Below, piece after piece: positions 1 through 9,607 of a stretch of DNA of 32,000 bases. Location: the NCBI GenBank assembly GCA_964551375.1, contig CAZKBG010000001.1:690001-722000 (forward strand), written 5' to 3'. The notes under the pieces are model-generated. The model saw only the letters and a program-made list of their open reading frames with translations. It searched no databases and had not been told where the DNA came from. Numbering within the stretch: position 1 is the stretch's first letter; each line of letters begins with the position of its first letter. The position numbers and the translations under genes were made by a program. The stretch comes from an uncultured archaeon (GTDB taxonomy: Archaea > Iainarchaeota > Iainarchaeia > Iainarchaeales > JAAZKV01).

Positions 1-1
1 A

Positions 2-70
2 ATAATTAAACAAATCGACAAAGAAAAAAGAAAAGCAATGACACAAAGACCTCCTTCAATCTCAAAGTAG
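2..70 (+). CDS. C-terminal end of an upstream CDS (partial; possibly prefoldin alpha subunit by conserved archaeal synteny with ftsY)
   Basis: Frame 2 is open from the window edge to TAG at 68-70 (...IIKQIDKEKRKAMTQRPPSISK*). Identity rests only on gene-order knowledge. Confidence 0.3.
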   Translation: MIKQIDKEKRKAMTQRPPSISK

Positions 71-92
71 AAACTAGCGAAGGGAAGAACGT

Positions 93-1832
93 ATGTTTGG
101 ATTCTTAAAACAAAAAATTGCTGATTTTGGAAACAAACTAAAGGACACTGTTTCAAAAGAAGAAGAAAAACAGAAAAAAGACGCTCCAAAACAAGCTGAA
201 GAGAAGAAAGAAGAAATTAAACAAAAGGAAAAAGAGAAAATCGAAGAAAAGAAAACTGATTCTTTAGAAAAGAAAGAAACAAGCGCGGCAGAAAAAAAGC
301 CCCAAGCCAAAACTGAAGCTCAAAAAGAGCACGTTAAAAAAGCCGAGCACAAAAGCGAAGACAAAAAAGAAAAAGAGACTCATAAGAAAGAAAAGAAGAA
401 AGGATTGCTTGGAATACTATTCGGCGGCAAAAAGAAGGAAAAAGAAGAGAAAAAGAAAAAAACAAAAGAAGAAGCAGTGAGCGAACTTGAAGGACGGATG
501 TTTAAGGATATTGAAGCGGAACTCAAAGAAGAAGAGAAACAAACCGAACAAAAAGAAACAGCCACCCCATCAGAGATTGATCTTGGACTAACTGAAGAAG
601 AAATAAGAATTACTAAAAAGACTGATGAAGTTGCAGAAGGACTTGAAGTTGAGAATGAAGAAGAGGAACAAAAAGAAGAACCTGCTGAAGAAAAGACTGC
701 TGTTAAAGGAAATACTGAAAATTACGAAGAACTGGCCGAAGTTGAGGAAAAGCAAAAATTCACGCACGAAGAAGAAAAAAAAGTAAGACCAAGCATTGAA
801 CTTGAAGATGGAAGAATACCTTCGGAAAAAGAAGATGAAGAAAAGAATGAAGAGGAGGAGATATTTGAGGACATTGAAGAACAGGAAGAAAGAAAAGAAA
901 AATCAAGGGATATTAAAATCAAAACGCTTGAAGAAGACAAACGCGAACTTCACGCAAATGTGGGAGTTGGCGGAAAATTAAAAGGATTTATCTTCGGCGG
1001 AATTGAGCTCAGCGAAAAAGATGTAAATGACTTAATCTGGGAACTTGAACTAAGCCTAATTGAAAGCGATGTGGAACAGGACGCCGCAAGCGAAATAGCA
1101 AGCCAGATAAAGAAAAGACTTGTAGGAAAAAAAGTTTCTGCCAAAAATATTGATGACTTTTTAAAAGAACAAATCAAGGAAATACTCGCTGAAATGATGA
1201 AAACTGACAAAATTGATGTTCTTGCCATGGCTAAAAAGCACAAGCCATTCAAAATATTAATACTCGGGCCAAACGGCGCAGGAAAAACAACAAGCATCGC
1301 AAAACTAACTCATTACTTCCAAAAACACAAAATGAGCTGCATACTTGCCGCAGGAGACACATTTAGAGCCGGCGCAATTGACCAAATAGAAGAACACGCA
1401 AAGAAACTCAAAGTAAGATTAATAAAACAACAATACGGAGCAGACCCTGCTGCGGTTGCATTTGACGCCATAAAAGCGGCAGAAGCGGGAAAAATTGATG
1501 TTGTGATAATGGATTCAGCAGGAAGACAGGAAACAAACAAAAATCTGATGGAAGAACTAAGAAAACTTGAAAGAGTTGCAAAGCCTGATTTGAAAATCTA
1601 TGTTGGAGAAGCATATGTGGGGCAGGGACTATTAGAACAGGCTGAAGAATTTAAGGAAATGATTGGAATTGACGGATTTATTTTAACAAAAATCGATACT
1701 GATGCCAAAGGCGGAACAGCAATATCATTAGTATACAAAATGAAAAAGCCAATACTGTTTGTGGGAACAGGACAAGGCTATGATGACTTAGAAGAGTTTA
1801 CTCCTGAATTTATACTTGAGAGAATAATTTAA
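93..1832 (+). CDS. ftsY: Signal recognition particle receptor FtsY with a long Lys/Glu-rich N-terminal extension
   Basis: NG-domain motifs GPNGAGKTT, GDTFRAGAIDQ, DSAGR, TKIDTDAKGG and C-terminal PILFVGTGQGYDDLEEF. The first ~280 aa are highly charged. Confidence 0.95.
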   Translation: MFGFLKQKIADFGNKLKDTVSKEEEKQKKDAPKQAEEKKEEIKQKEKEKIEEKKTDSLEKKETSAAEKKPQAKTEAQKEHVKKAEHKSEDKKEKETHKKEKKKGLLGILFGGKKKEKEEKKKKTKEEAVSELEGRMFKDIEAELKEEEKQTEQKETATPSEIDLGLTEEEIRITKKTDEVAEGLEVENEEEEQKEEPAEEKTAVKGNTENYEELAEVEEKQKFTHEEEKKVRPSIELEDGRIPSEKEDEEKNEEEEIFEDIEEQEERKEKSRDIKIKTLEEDKRELHANVGVGGKLKGFIFGGIELSEKDVNDLIWELELSLIESDVEQDAASEIASQIKKRLVGKKVSAKNIDDFLKEQIKEILAEMMKTDKIDVLAMAKKHKPFKILILGPNGAGKTTSIAKLTHYFQKHKMSCILAAGDTFRAGAIDQIEEHAKKLKVRLIKQQYGADPAAVAFDAIKAAEAGKIDVVIMDSAGRQETNKNLMEELRKLERVAKPDLKIYVGEAYVGQGLLEQAEEFKEMIGIDGFILTKIDTDAKGGTAISLVYKMKKPILFVGTGQGYDDLEEFTPEFILERII

Positions 1833-1850
1833 AAAAAACAAATAAAAAAA

Positions 1851-2768
1851 CTAAACTTTTAATCCTTTTAACGCAGCAATCCTTTCTTCAAGCGGAGGGT
1901 GGGTGCTAAAAAGACTCTGCATCCAAAGCTTCTGGCCCTTAAGAGGATTTGAAATGTACAAATGCGCAGTTGCTTTATTAGCAGCTTCAAGAGGCTCATT
2001 ATCTTTGCCAATTTTCTCAAGAGCGCTTGCAAGAGCAAGCGGATTTCTTGTCATTTCTGCAGAGCCTGCATCAGCCATAAACTCGCGCTTACGCGAAATT
2101 GAAAAATTAATTATCTGGGCAATTATAGGCGTCAATATTGCAAGAAGAATTGCAATTATAACAAGCGCAATCCAAATAGCGGCTCCATTTTTGTTATCGC
2201 TGTTAAATTTTGAATAAAAAACCATTCTCAAAATCAAATCAGAGAGAAGAACCGCTATTCCAACCAAAATTGAAGCAATTGTCATTGTTCTAATATCATA
2301 ATTTTTAATATGAGAAAGTTCATGAGCTAAAACTCCCTGAATTTCATCCCTATTCAATCTTGTAAGGCAGCCGGTTGTAACACAAACAACCGCATGATTT
2401 GGATCTCGCCCTGTTGCAAATGCATTAATTGCAGTGTCATCAATTACAAAAACCCTCGGCTTTGGAAGACCGCTTGCAAGAGATAATTCTTCAACAATAT
2501 TATGAAGCAATTTGAAATTTTTATCATCAGGATGAGTTTCTTTTGCTCCGCTAATCGCAGTAACTATTGAATCGCAGGAATAATAGGAAATTACTGAAAA
2601 CAAAATTATCAAAATTCCAAGAACTGTAAAAACCCCAAGAAAAGGAAAGCCAAAAAGATCCAAAACCAGCGAAATAATTCCCGCAAGAATTCCTATTAGA
2701 ACAAAAAATAACAGGAAAAGAATAGAAGTCATGCGCTTGTTATCCGCAATCTGCTTGTAAAAGTCCAT
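1851..2768 (-). CDS. htpX: HtpX-like M48 membrane zinc metalloprotease
   Basis: HELSH zinc motif, N-terminal TM segments, ISRKREFMADAGSAEMT, and FSTHPPLEERI at the C-terminus. The track ORF extends to 2789, but MDFYKQIADNKRM at 2768 is the likelier start. Confidence 0.92.
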   Translation of the reverse strand: MDFYKQIADNKRMTSILFLLFFVLIGILAGIISLVLDLFGFPFLGVFTVLGILIILFSVISYYSCDSIVTAISGAKETHPDDKNFKLLHNIVEELSLASGLPKPRVFVIDDTAINAFATGRDPNHAVVCVTTGCLTRLNRDEIQGVLAHELSHIKNYDIRTMTIASILVGIAVLLSDLILRMVFYSKFNSDNKNGAAIWIALVIIAILLAILTPIIAQIINFSISRKREFMADAGSAEMTRNPLALASALEKIGKDNEPLEAANKATAHLYISNPLKGQKLWMQSLFSTHPPLEERIAALKGLKV

Positions 2769-2824
2769 TGCCACTATAACGCACCCCAAAAACTAAAAGA
2801 AAAAACTAAAAAGGCAAGAAAAAA

Positions 2825-3415
2825 TTACTTGCCCATTTCTGAAAAGTCAACTTTAACGCTTTTCTTCTCGCCTTCAGTGGCTTCGAAGAACTCTTTGTCC
2901 TTATTCATCCCAAACATTCCTGCAAATATGTTATTTGGGAAAACAGCAATCATTGTGTTCCACTTCATAACCATATCATTGTAGAACTGCCTCGCAAAAG
3001 CAACTTTATTTTCAGTGCTTGAAAGCTCTTCCTGCAATGCTTTGAAGTTTTCGCTTGCCTTAAGAGTAGGATATGCTTCTGCAACTGCGAATAGACTCTT
3101 TAACGCGCCTGAAAGCATATTATCAGCTTTAGCAGATTCTTTTGGAGATTTTGCCGACATCATCGCAGCTCTTGCTTGAGTTACTCCCTCAAGAACTCCC
3201 TTCTCAAACTTAGCATAACCCTTAACAGTCTCAACCAAATTTGGAATCAAATCCGCCCTTCTCTTTAATTGAACATCAATCTGCGCCCAAGCATTCTCTA
3301 CCTGCTTTAGCGTAGTGATTAGCGAATTATAAATAGCAATAGTAATTACTATGCCCACAACAACAATCAAGCCGATTATTCCAAGAATAATTATTAATAT
3401 GTCCAAAACAACCAC
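2825..3415 (-). CDS. lemA: LemA family protein
   Basis: N-terminal TM then YNSLITTLKQVENAWAQIDVQLKRRADLIPNLVETVKGYAKFE and ARQFYNDMVMKWNTMI. Start uncertain (GTG at 3415 or a nearby TTG). Confidence 0.93.
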   Translation of the reverse strand: MVVLDILIIILGIIGLIVVVGIVITIAIYNSLITTLKQVENAWAQIDVQLKRRADLIPNLVETVKGYAKFEKGVLEGVTQARAAMMSAKSPKESAKADNMLSGALKSLFAVAEAYPTLKASENFKALQEELSSTENKVAFARQFYNDMVMKWNTMIAVFPNNIFAGMFGMNKDKEFFEATEGEKKSVKVDFSEMGK

Positions 3416-3475
3416 CTAAATTTATTAGTGTTTAACCCTTTAAAATGCTATGTTTCACAAGTTCTTTGTGATTGG

Positions 3476-4828
3476 ATGGGACTCGGAGACACACTGCGAA
3501 AAGCAATGGACAAAATCCAGGGCGCGGCAACAGTAGACAAGGAAACTGTTAAAGAAGCTATTAAAGAAATACAAAGAGCGCTCATTGCGGCAAACGTGGA
3601 CACCACAACTGTTTTTGCCATCTCAAAAAAAATTGAAGAAAATGCGTTTAGCGAACTAAAAGGACAACTATCAAGAAGAGAGCATGTAACAAAAGTAACT
3701 TATGACGCTCTAATCGAAATGCTTGGCGGATTAAAAGCTCCAATTGAGCCAAAAAAAATATTATTATGCGGATTATTCGGCTCCGGAAAAACAACTGCTG
3801 CGGGAAAACTTGCTTTATTTTATAAAAAACGCGGGAAAAAGGTCGGAGTAATCTGCGCGGACACATTTAGACCTGCCGCGTTTGAACAACTGCAAACTAA
3901 TGCAAAACTTGCTGGCGCTGAGTTCTTCGGAATCAAAGGCGAAGAAAACGCAGGCAAAGTTGTGAGAGAAGGAATGAAAGCTTTGAAAGAAAATGATATT
4001 ATAATCTGCGATTCAGCAGGAAGAAGCGCGCTTGATGATGAACTTGTAAAAGAAATAAAAGAAATTGAAGATGTGTTCAAGGGAGACGAAAAATGGCTTG
4101 TAATCGGAGCAGATATTGGAAACCTTGCAAAAAAGCAGGCGCAGGCATTTCATAAAGCCGTTGGGATTAACGGCGTAATAATTACAAGAATGGATGGAAG
4201 CAGCAAAGGAGGAGGGGCTCTTGTTGCATGCAATGAAACAGGAGCAAGCGTGTACTTTATTTCAACAGGGGAGAAAGTAAATGATTTTGAAGCATTTGAC
4301 GCCAATAGATACTTATCAAGAATAATGGGATACGGGGACCTTGAAGGACTGCTTGAGAAAGCAAAAGAAGCGGACCTTGAAAATATGAACCCTGAAGAAA
4401 TGCTCAAAGGAAATTTTAATCTTCGAATGTTCTATGAGCAATTAAAAGCAACAAAAAAAATGGGGCCTTTAAATAAAGTTGCGGAAATGATCGGATTAAG
4501 CGTAAAAATGCCAAAAGAAATTTTAGAACAAGGACAGGACAAGCTGGATTCATTCAAAATAATAATTGACTCCATGACCGAGCAGGAAAGAGTGAACCCT
4601 GAAGTTTTAAATAGAAATAGAATTGAAAGAATCGCAAAAGGGGCAGGAGTTCATATTGAAGATGTGAGAGAGCTCATCAAGCAGTACAAGCAAATGAAGA
4701 AAATGTTTAAGAAGTTCAAAAATATCCAAAGCGAAAAAGCGATGAAAAACTTCGGCGAAAAGGGCTTAGCTGATGTAATGAGGCAGATGCAGGGAAGAAA
4801 AATGGCTAAAAAGCTGCGCCTTAAATAA
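3476..4828 (+). CDS. ffh: Signal recognition particle protein SRP54/Ffh
   Basis: MGLGDTLRKAMDKIQG start, GLFGSGKTTAAGKLA, DTFRPAAFEQL, DSAGRS, RMDGSSKGGG, and a methionine-rich M domain (RIMGYGDLEGL, MTEQERVNP, IAKGAGV). The track start at 3428 is probably too long. Confidence 0.95.
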   Translation: MGLGDTLRKAMDKIQGAATVDKETVKEAIKEIQRALIAANVDTTTVFAISKKIEENAFSELKGQLSRREHVTKVTYDALIEMLGGLKAPIEPKKILLCGLFGSGKTTAAGKLALFYKKRGKKVGVICADTFRPAAFEQLQTNAKLAGAEFFGIKGEENAGKVVREGMKALKENDIIICDSAGRSALDDELVKEIKEIEDVFKGDEKWLVIGADIGNLAKKQAQAFHKAVGINGVIITRMDGSSKGGGALVACNETGASVYFISTGEKVNDFEAFDANRYLSRIMGYGDLEGLLEKAKEADLENMNPEEMLKGNFNLRMFYEQLKATKKMGPLNKVAEMIGLSVKMPKEILEQGQDKLDSFKIIIDSMTEQERVNPEVLNRNRIERIAKGAGVHIEDVRELIKQYKQMKKMFKKFKNIQSEKAMKNFGEKGLADVMRQMQGRKMAKKLRLK

Positions 4829-4858
4829 AAATATAAAACCAACAACAGCATATTGATT

Positions 4859-5593
4859 ATGAAAAATTTAATTCTAATTGCGCTGCTTGCCCTATTTATT
4901 ATCTCCACCGCTCACGCGGCGGAATACTACGCTGATGTTATTTTGGATATTTCCCAAGACGGGAGCACAATAATAAGCGGAACAACAAATCACCCAAAAC
5001 TTGACGCACGGACAACCGCTGAATTTACCTCCATGCAAAAAGGAAACTGGACATTTGAAATTGATTTAAACGAAACATTTTCAGCTTATTTATTTGAAAT
5101 TATACTGCCCCCAAAAGCACAAACAACTGATATTAAAATAAGCGGAGAATATCGAATTACCACACGCGACTCAAGAATTTTAATAATTGCAAGCGGGGAA
5201 GGACAGCCCCTCACTGCAAAAATTAAATACACAAATCAAACCGAAAATTTACAACCAAATTATATCCAAATAGCCGCTGCAATAATAATATTCATTGTAA
5301 TTATTTTTTTTGCAAATAAAAGAATAAATAATAAAGACAAAAAAACCCTTGCGCAAAAGACTGAAACTAAAAAAGCCCACATAAACAAAGAAGCTCTCAC
5401 GGAAAGGCAGGTTTTAATTTTTGAATATCTGGAAAAGAAAGGAAAAAGCGCAACGCAAAAAGAAATTGAAACCGCATTACACATACCAAAAGCCTCTCTG
5501 TCCAGAAACCTTGCAGCCCTTGAAAGAAAAGAACTTATTAAAAAAGAAGCTAAAGGAATGACGATGGTTATTTCTATAAATCAGGAAAAATAA
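4859..5593 (+). CDS. Membrane-anchored predicted transcriptional regulator (signal peptide, extracytoplasmic domain, TM, C-terminal winged HTH; COG2512-like)
   Basis: MKNLILIALLALFIISTAHA signal peptide, TM IQIAAAIIIFIVIIFFANK, and C-terminal wHTH (LTERQVLIFEYLEKKGKSATQKEIETALHIPKASLSRNLAALERKELIKKE). Confidence 0.7.
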   Translation: MKNLILIALLALFIISTAHAAEYYADVILDISQDGSTIISGTTNHPKLDARTTAEFTSMQKGNWTFEIDLNETFSAYLFEIILPPKAQTTDIKISGEYRITTRDSRILIIASGEGQPLTAKIKYTNQTENLQPNYIQIAAAIIIFIVIIFFANKRINNKDKKTLAQKTETKKAHINKEALTERQVLIFEYLEKKGKSATQKEIETALHIPKASLSRNLAALERKELIKKEAKGMTMVISINQEK

Positions 5594-5608
5594 TCACTAA
5601 AACAAGGG

Positions 5609-5658
5609 TTGTTCCGGCTTGTTCCGCATGGTTTTAGGCAATATATATAGGCTGTTCC
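5609..5658 (+). promoter_or_regulatory. Promoter region with TATA box (~5642-5649) flanked by three GTTCC repeats
   Basis: GGTTGTTCCG|GCTTGTTCCG form a tandem 10-bp period. After TATATATA comes CTGTTCCAC. GGAGG at 5704-5708 precedes ATG 5716. Confidence 0.5.
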
Positions 5659-5715
5659 ACCGGATACTATCCTAACAAAGCCTAATATCGGGCTTTATGG
5701 ACTGGAGGAATTATT

Positions 5716-6666
5716 ATGAAAGTAAATCAAATATTTGCCGTAATGATGGTTCTTATTGCTGCCATGATGATTGTTCCAACTGCGCTTGCAGAAGAGCAGG
5801 ATGTAAACGGAACAGTTGATTCAAACACAGCAATGGAACTAAGGGCAATGCATAACCCTCTTGGAGCGCAGATAAGACTGCTTCAACTGGAAAAAAACTT
5901 AACAAAAAATATATTAGTGGGGACTGAAGTGCTTAATGTTATCAAAGCAAACCACCCTGACGCAAATGTTACTGCCGCAACTTCAACAATGAGCGAGCTT
6001 GAGCTTCTGCTTAATGAAGTAAAAACTTCAGCAGGCGGAACAGATCTTAACATGCAGGCGCAGCAGTTTGTTGCAATCAAAAAAGAAGCAATAACGCTGA
6101 CACAGCAGTTTAGAGAACAGACAAGAATTTATCTGGATGGAAATGACAGAGTACAGCTTCATAAAAGATCTGATGACTTGGACAAAAATGAGCTAAGGCA
6201 TATGAATGATGACATAAAGCACGCTGTTAACAAATACAATTCAGACAGAATAAAAGAACTGCTTGATGCAATCGGAGACGCAAATTCAAGCGCAATAGCC
6301 GCCCAAATTGCACAGGGAAGAGAACTAATTGAAGATGCTCAAAGACAAATAAGAGAAGCATATGACGCTTTGACTCCTGAACAAAGACAGGAAGCAAGCT
6401 CAAAAATAAGAGAACTAGGATTAAGAAGAAACATACAGGAAAAAAACATTTTTGACAAAGCTGTTCAAAACATGGAACAGAGAATGAAAGAAAGAAGGGA
6501 CAACCGAGGACAAGAATTAAAAAAATGGATAAATCAGATCAAAATAGAGGATGATTTAAACCACGGAATAGGCGAAAGAGTGCGCGAAATGGCGAGAGAC
6601 ACAAACTTTGTTGAAAAAATAGATGAAAGAGTTAAAGAAATGAGGGAAAGGAGGGGAAGAGATTGA
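5716..6666 (+). CDS. Secreted/exported coiled-coil protein of unknown function
   Basis: Signal peptide MKVNQIFAVMMVLIAAMMIVPTALAEE, GGAGG RBS, long Glu/Arg-rich helical C-terminus. Confidence 0.7.
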   Translation: MKVNQIFAVMMVLIAAMMIVPTALAEEQDVNGTVDSNTAMELRAMHNPLGAQIRLLQLEKNLTKNILVGTEVLNVIKANHPDANVTAATSTMSELELLLNEVKTSAGGTDLNMQAQQFVAIKKEAITLTQQFREQTRIYLDGNDRVQLHKRSDDLDKNELRHMNDDIKHAVNKYNSDRIKELLDAIGDANSSAIAAQIAQGRELIEDAQRQIREAYDALTPEQRQEASSKIRELGLRRNIQEKNIFDKAVQNMEQRMKERRDNRGQELKKWINQIKIEDDLNHGIGERVREMARDTNFVEKIDERVKEMRERRGRD

Positions 6667-6935
6667 AAACTAATCACACAAAAATAATTGCTGTGATAGG
6701 AACAATTCTCCTTGCGCTCCTATTATTTGGATGCACACAAAATAACCCAAATAATAACAATCAGACGAATAACACCACTCCGCTTACAGGAGACCAGGTG
6801 GCAAACACCGCCGCTGATTCAACAATCAGCGACACAACTGCGGGAACTGACATGATTGACTCAGGCGCAGCAACACCTGGTGCAGAAACCGCAATTGTTA
6901 ATGCGAATGACGCGGGAATTGGAGAAATGATTTAA
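6663..6935 (+). CDS. Small putative lipoprotein
   Basis: TTG start overlapping the preceding TGA (TTGA). ALLLFGCTQNN lipobox followed by an Asn/Thr-rich linker. Confidence 0.55.
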   Translation: MKTNHTKIIAVIGTILLALLLFGCTQNNPNNNNQTNNTTPLTGDQVANTAADSTISDTTAGTDMIDSGAATPGAETAIVNANDAGIGEMI

Positions 6936-7029
6936 CAAAAAAACACAGTTAAAGGGGGGAAATCCCCCCAATACTTTTTTTAAACAAAAGAAAGCGAAAG
7001 AATTTAAGGCTTAATAACCTACTTAATTA

Positions 7030-7839
7030 ATGCTTCAATTGATTCCACTAATACAGCAGGCAGTCTTGCTAATTGGAACTGCAACAGGCGCCGCAACTGA
7101 TGCTAAAACAGGGTATATTTATGACTGGATAACTTACCCTATGATAATTATTGGATTTATTCTCTCAATAATACAACAACAATGGATAAATGTCGGAATA
7201 GGCGCAGCAATATTTGCAATAATGTATATAGCATACAGATTTGGAAAAATCGGGGGCGGGGATGTAAAACTTTTCACCGCAATTGCGCTCTTAAATCCAA
7301 TAAACCAGCCGGTATTTTTATTCACCGTTCTCTTTTTCAGCGCAGTAAGCGCAATGATATTTTATTCAGTATATTACACTACAAAGTATAGAAGAATTGG
7401 AATAAGTTTTAAGGATAACAAAAAAGGAATTACCAAAGCAATTATTTTTGGGACGATTATTATATTCTACTTTGCAATGCTTGCGCAAATGCAACTAATC
7501 AGAATTCCAAGCATGGTTATTATGCTCACTCCTCTCATCTTTGGATTATTATTTATCGCGCTTCAGGAAGGAATCAAGAAGAATTTCTTTGAAGCAAAAA
7601 TTGCGCTCTCAAAGCTTGAAGAGGATGAAGTTATTGCTCAAGGAAGAAACCCAAAAAATGTTGAAAAAATATTAAGGGGAAACCAACTCATAGGAGAAAA
7701 GGAGAAAGCCTTGCTAAAAAAAGCAGGGATAAAGAGCCTTTTTGTGCTTAGAAAACTGCCCCCGTTTGGGCCGTTTATTCTTGTAGGAGTAATTGCAGCA
7801 ATAATACAACCCGATTTTATGCTTTTTATATTTGTTTGA
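7030..7839 (+). CDS. Archaeal prepilin/preflagellin peptidase, A24 aspartic protease family
   Basis: Polytopic protein with catalytic-type Asp in GAATDAKTGYIYDWITYP and GKIGGGDVKLF (GxGD motif). Confidence 0.85.
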   Translation: MLQLIPLIQQAVLLIGTATGAATDAKTGYIYDWITYPMIIIGFILSIIQQQWINVGIGAAIFAIMYIAYRFGKIGGGDVKLFTAIALLNPINQPVFLFTVLFFSAVSAMIFYSVYYTTKYRRIGISFKDNKKGITKAIIFGTIIIFYFAMLAQMQLIRIPSMVIMLTPLIFGLLFIALQEGIKKNFFEAKIALSKLEEDEVIAQGRNPKNVEKILRGNQLIGEKEKALLKKAGIKSLFVLRKLPPFGPFILVGVIAAIIQPDFMLFIFV

Positions 7840-7861
7840 ACAATAATATAGTGATACTTTT

Positions 7862-8743
7862 ATGAAAATACTTATAACCGGCGCTAAAGGATTTGTTGGA
7901 AGAGCGCTAAGCGCGGAGCTTAAAGGAAAAAAACATGCAGTGCATGAGTTTGACAGAAGCAAGGGACACAATATATTGGACAAGTTAAGCCTTCTCAATT
8001 CCATGGAAGGAATTGACTGCGTGGTGCACCTTGCCGCCGCAATGGAAGGAACAAAAAAAGAAATTTACAAAACAAACGTGGAAGGAACAAGAAACGTTAT
8101 ACGGGCGGCAGTTGCGCAAAAAGTAAAAAAACTTATTTTTATGAGCTCAACAGCAGTATATGGATTTACCAGCGCAGCGGTTCATGAAGAAAGCAAACTA
8201 AATCCAAAAAATGAATATGAAAAAAGCAAAGTCGAAGGAGAAATGCTTGTTCTTGAGGCAAAAGAAAAACTGGATGTTTGCATAGTCCGAAGCGCAATGG
8301 TTTTTGGAGCAAATGAATACTGGAAAAAAATGTTTAAAATGCTGGAAAAAAAATATCCGCTTCCATGCAGCGGGAGAAACAAATTCCAGGTTATTTATGT
8401 AAACGAACTTGCAAGGGCAATAGCCACTGTTATTGAAAAAGGAAAAAGCGGAGAAATATACCTTGTGTCAGGAAAAGAACAGCCGACATTAAACGAATTC
8501 TGCGAAATGGTGCAGGAAGAACTTGGAATTGAAAAAGGAGTAAAGCACATCCCTTCATGGGCAGGAGTCGCGCTTGGGAAAGTAATTGGAATACAACTGC
8601 TTAACACTGAAAATATAAGGCACATAAGCAAAGAAAGACACTACAAAATAGAAAAAATAGAAAAACTCGGATTCAAGCAGGAAACCTCGCTAAAAACCGC
8701 AATTAAAAATGTTGCAAAAGAATTTGAAAAGCAAAAAAGCTAA
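7862..8743 (+). CDS. NAD-dependent epimerase/dehydratase (extended SDR)
   Basis: ITGAKGFVGRALSAEL nucleotide-binding motif, FMSSTAVYG, YEKSK catalytic motif. Confidence 0.88.
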   Translation: MKILITGAKGFVGRALSAELKGKKHAVHEFDRSKGHNILDKLSLLNSMEGIDCVVHLAAAMEGTKKEIYKTNVEGTRNVIRAAVAQKVKKLIFMSSTAVYGFTSAAVHEESKLNPKNEYEKSKVEGEMLVLEAKEKLDVCIVRSAMVFGANEYWKKMFKMLEKKYPLPCSGRNKFQVIYVNELARAIATVIEKGKSGEIYLVSGKEQPTLNEFCEMVQEELGIEKGVKHIPSWAGVALGKVIGIQLLNTENIRHISKERHYKIEKIEKLGFKQETSLKTAIKNVAKEFEKQKS

Positions 8744-8757
8744 AACTAGTTAATTAA

Positions 8758-9543
8758 TTACTTTTTTGCCTTTGCGCCTTTCTTAACTGAGTCAACCATT
8801 TTCTCAAGCTTGGATTTAATTTCAGCATCAAGCTTTGTTTTCTCAATCGCAGAGCCCACATGAATAATATCGGCTCCGCTTGAAATACAATCAAACGCGA
8901 ATTCAGGAGTTCTAACTCCCCCAGCTACTACAAGCGGAATATCAATAACTGACTTTGTCTGAAGAATCATTTCCTTTGGAACAGGCTCTGGAGCTCCTCC
9001 ACCTGATTCTAAAATAACCATCTTTGAACCCATATACTGCCCAGCAAGCGCTGTTGCCGCTGCCAAGTAGGATAAGTTTCTTGGAATTAACTGGGCCCTG
9101 CCCATAAATCCAACCGCTCTTCCAGGTTCCACAATTATATATGAAGTCGGAATAACTTCAATGCCCATTTTCTTTATTGGAAAAGCTGAAGCTGTCTGCG
9201 CGCCTGAAATGTAATACGGATCATTAGAGTTCAACATTGACATAAAATAAATCGCATCAGCAAGCTTTGATAAAGTTGCAATATTTCCCGGGAAAAGAAT
9301 TGTTGGGAGGGAAGATTTTTCCTTAATTGCAATAAGAGTATCATCAAGAATTTTTCCCTGCGCTCCCAAAGAACCGCCAATTGAAATAGCTGAAACGCCG
9401 GCTTTTTCGGCAATAGAAGCAATTTTGCCTGCCGCTTCAGGAGATTGATTCGGAGGATCAATAACCAAAAAAAGCATTCCTGCCTCTTCCTTTAACTGCT
9501 CAAGTAATTTTGAATAAACCTTGCCATCTTTCATATTGCTCAC
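8758..9543 (-). CDS. Geranylgeranylglyceryl phosphate synthase (GGGP synthase)
   Basis: LVIDPPNQSPE, SIGGSLG, TILFPGN, YIIVEPGRAVGFMGRAQLIPR, LESGGGAPEPVP, VVAGGVRTPE, ADIIHVGSAIE. Confidence 0.92.
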   Translation of the reverse strand: MSNMKDGKVYSKLLEQLKEEAGMLFLVIDPPNQSPEAAGKIASIAEKAGVSAISIGGSLGAQGKILDDTLIAIKEKSSLPTILFPGNIATLSKLADAIYFMSMLNSNDPYYISGAQTASAFPIKKMGIEVIPTSYIIVEPGRAVGFMGRAQLIPRNLSYLAAATALAGQYMGSKMVILESGGGAPEPVPKEMILQTKSVIDIPLVVAGGVRTPEFAFDCISSGADIIHVGSAIEKTKLDAEIKSKLEKMVDSVKKGAKAKK

Positions 9544-9607
9544 TAAAAAATTAGGAAAAAAGGAGTATAAAAAGCAATGCCCAAGTCAAAAACCAGCACT
9601 TAAAATC

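Noticed and set aside
93-950. Possible tandem repeat in the AAAGAAGAAAA-rich region
   Set aside because: Irregular K/E codon runs inside the ftsY reading frame; no fixed repeat unit found.
950-1297. 115-aa antisense ORF in ftsY
   Set aside because: Mirror of the conserved NG domain; no RBS or family features.
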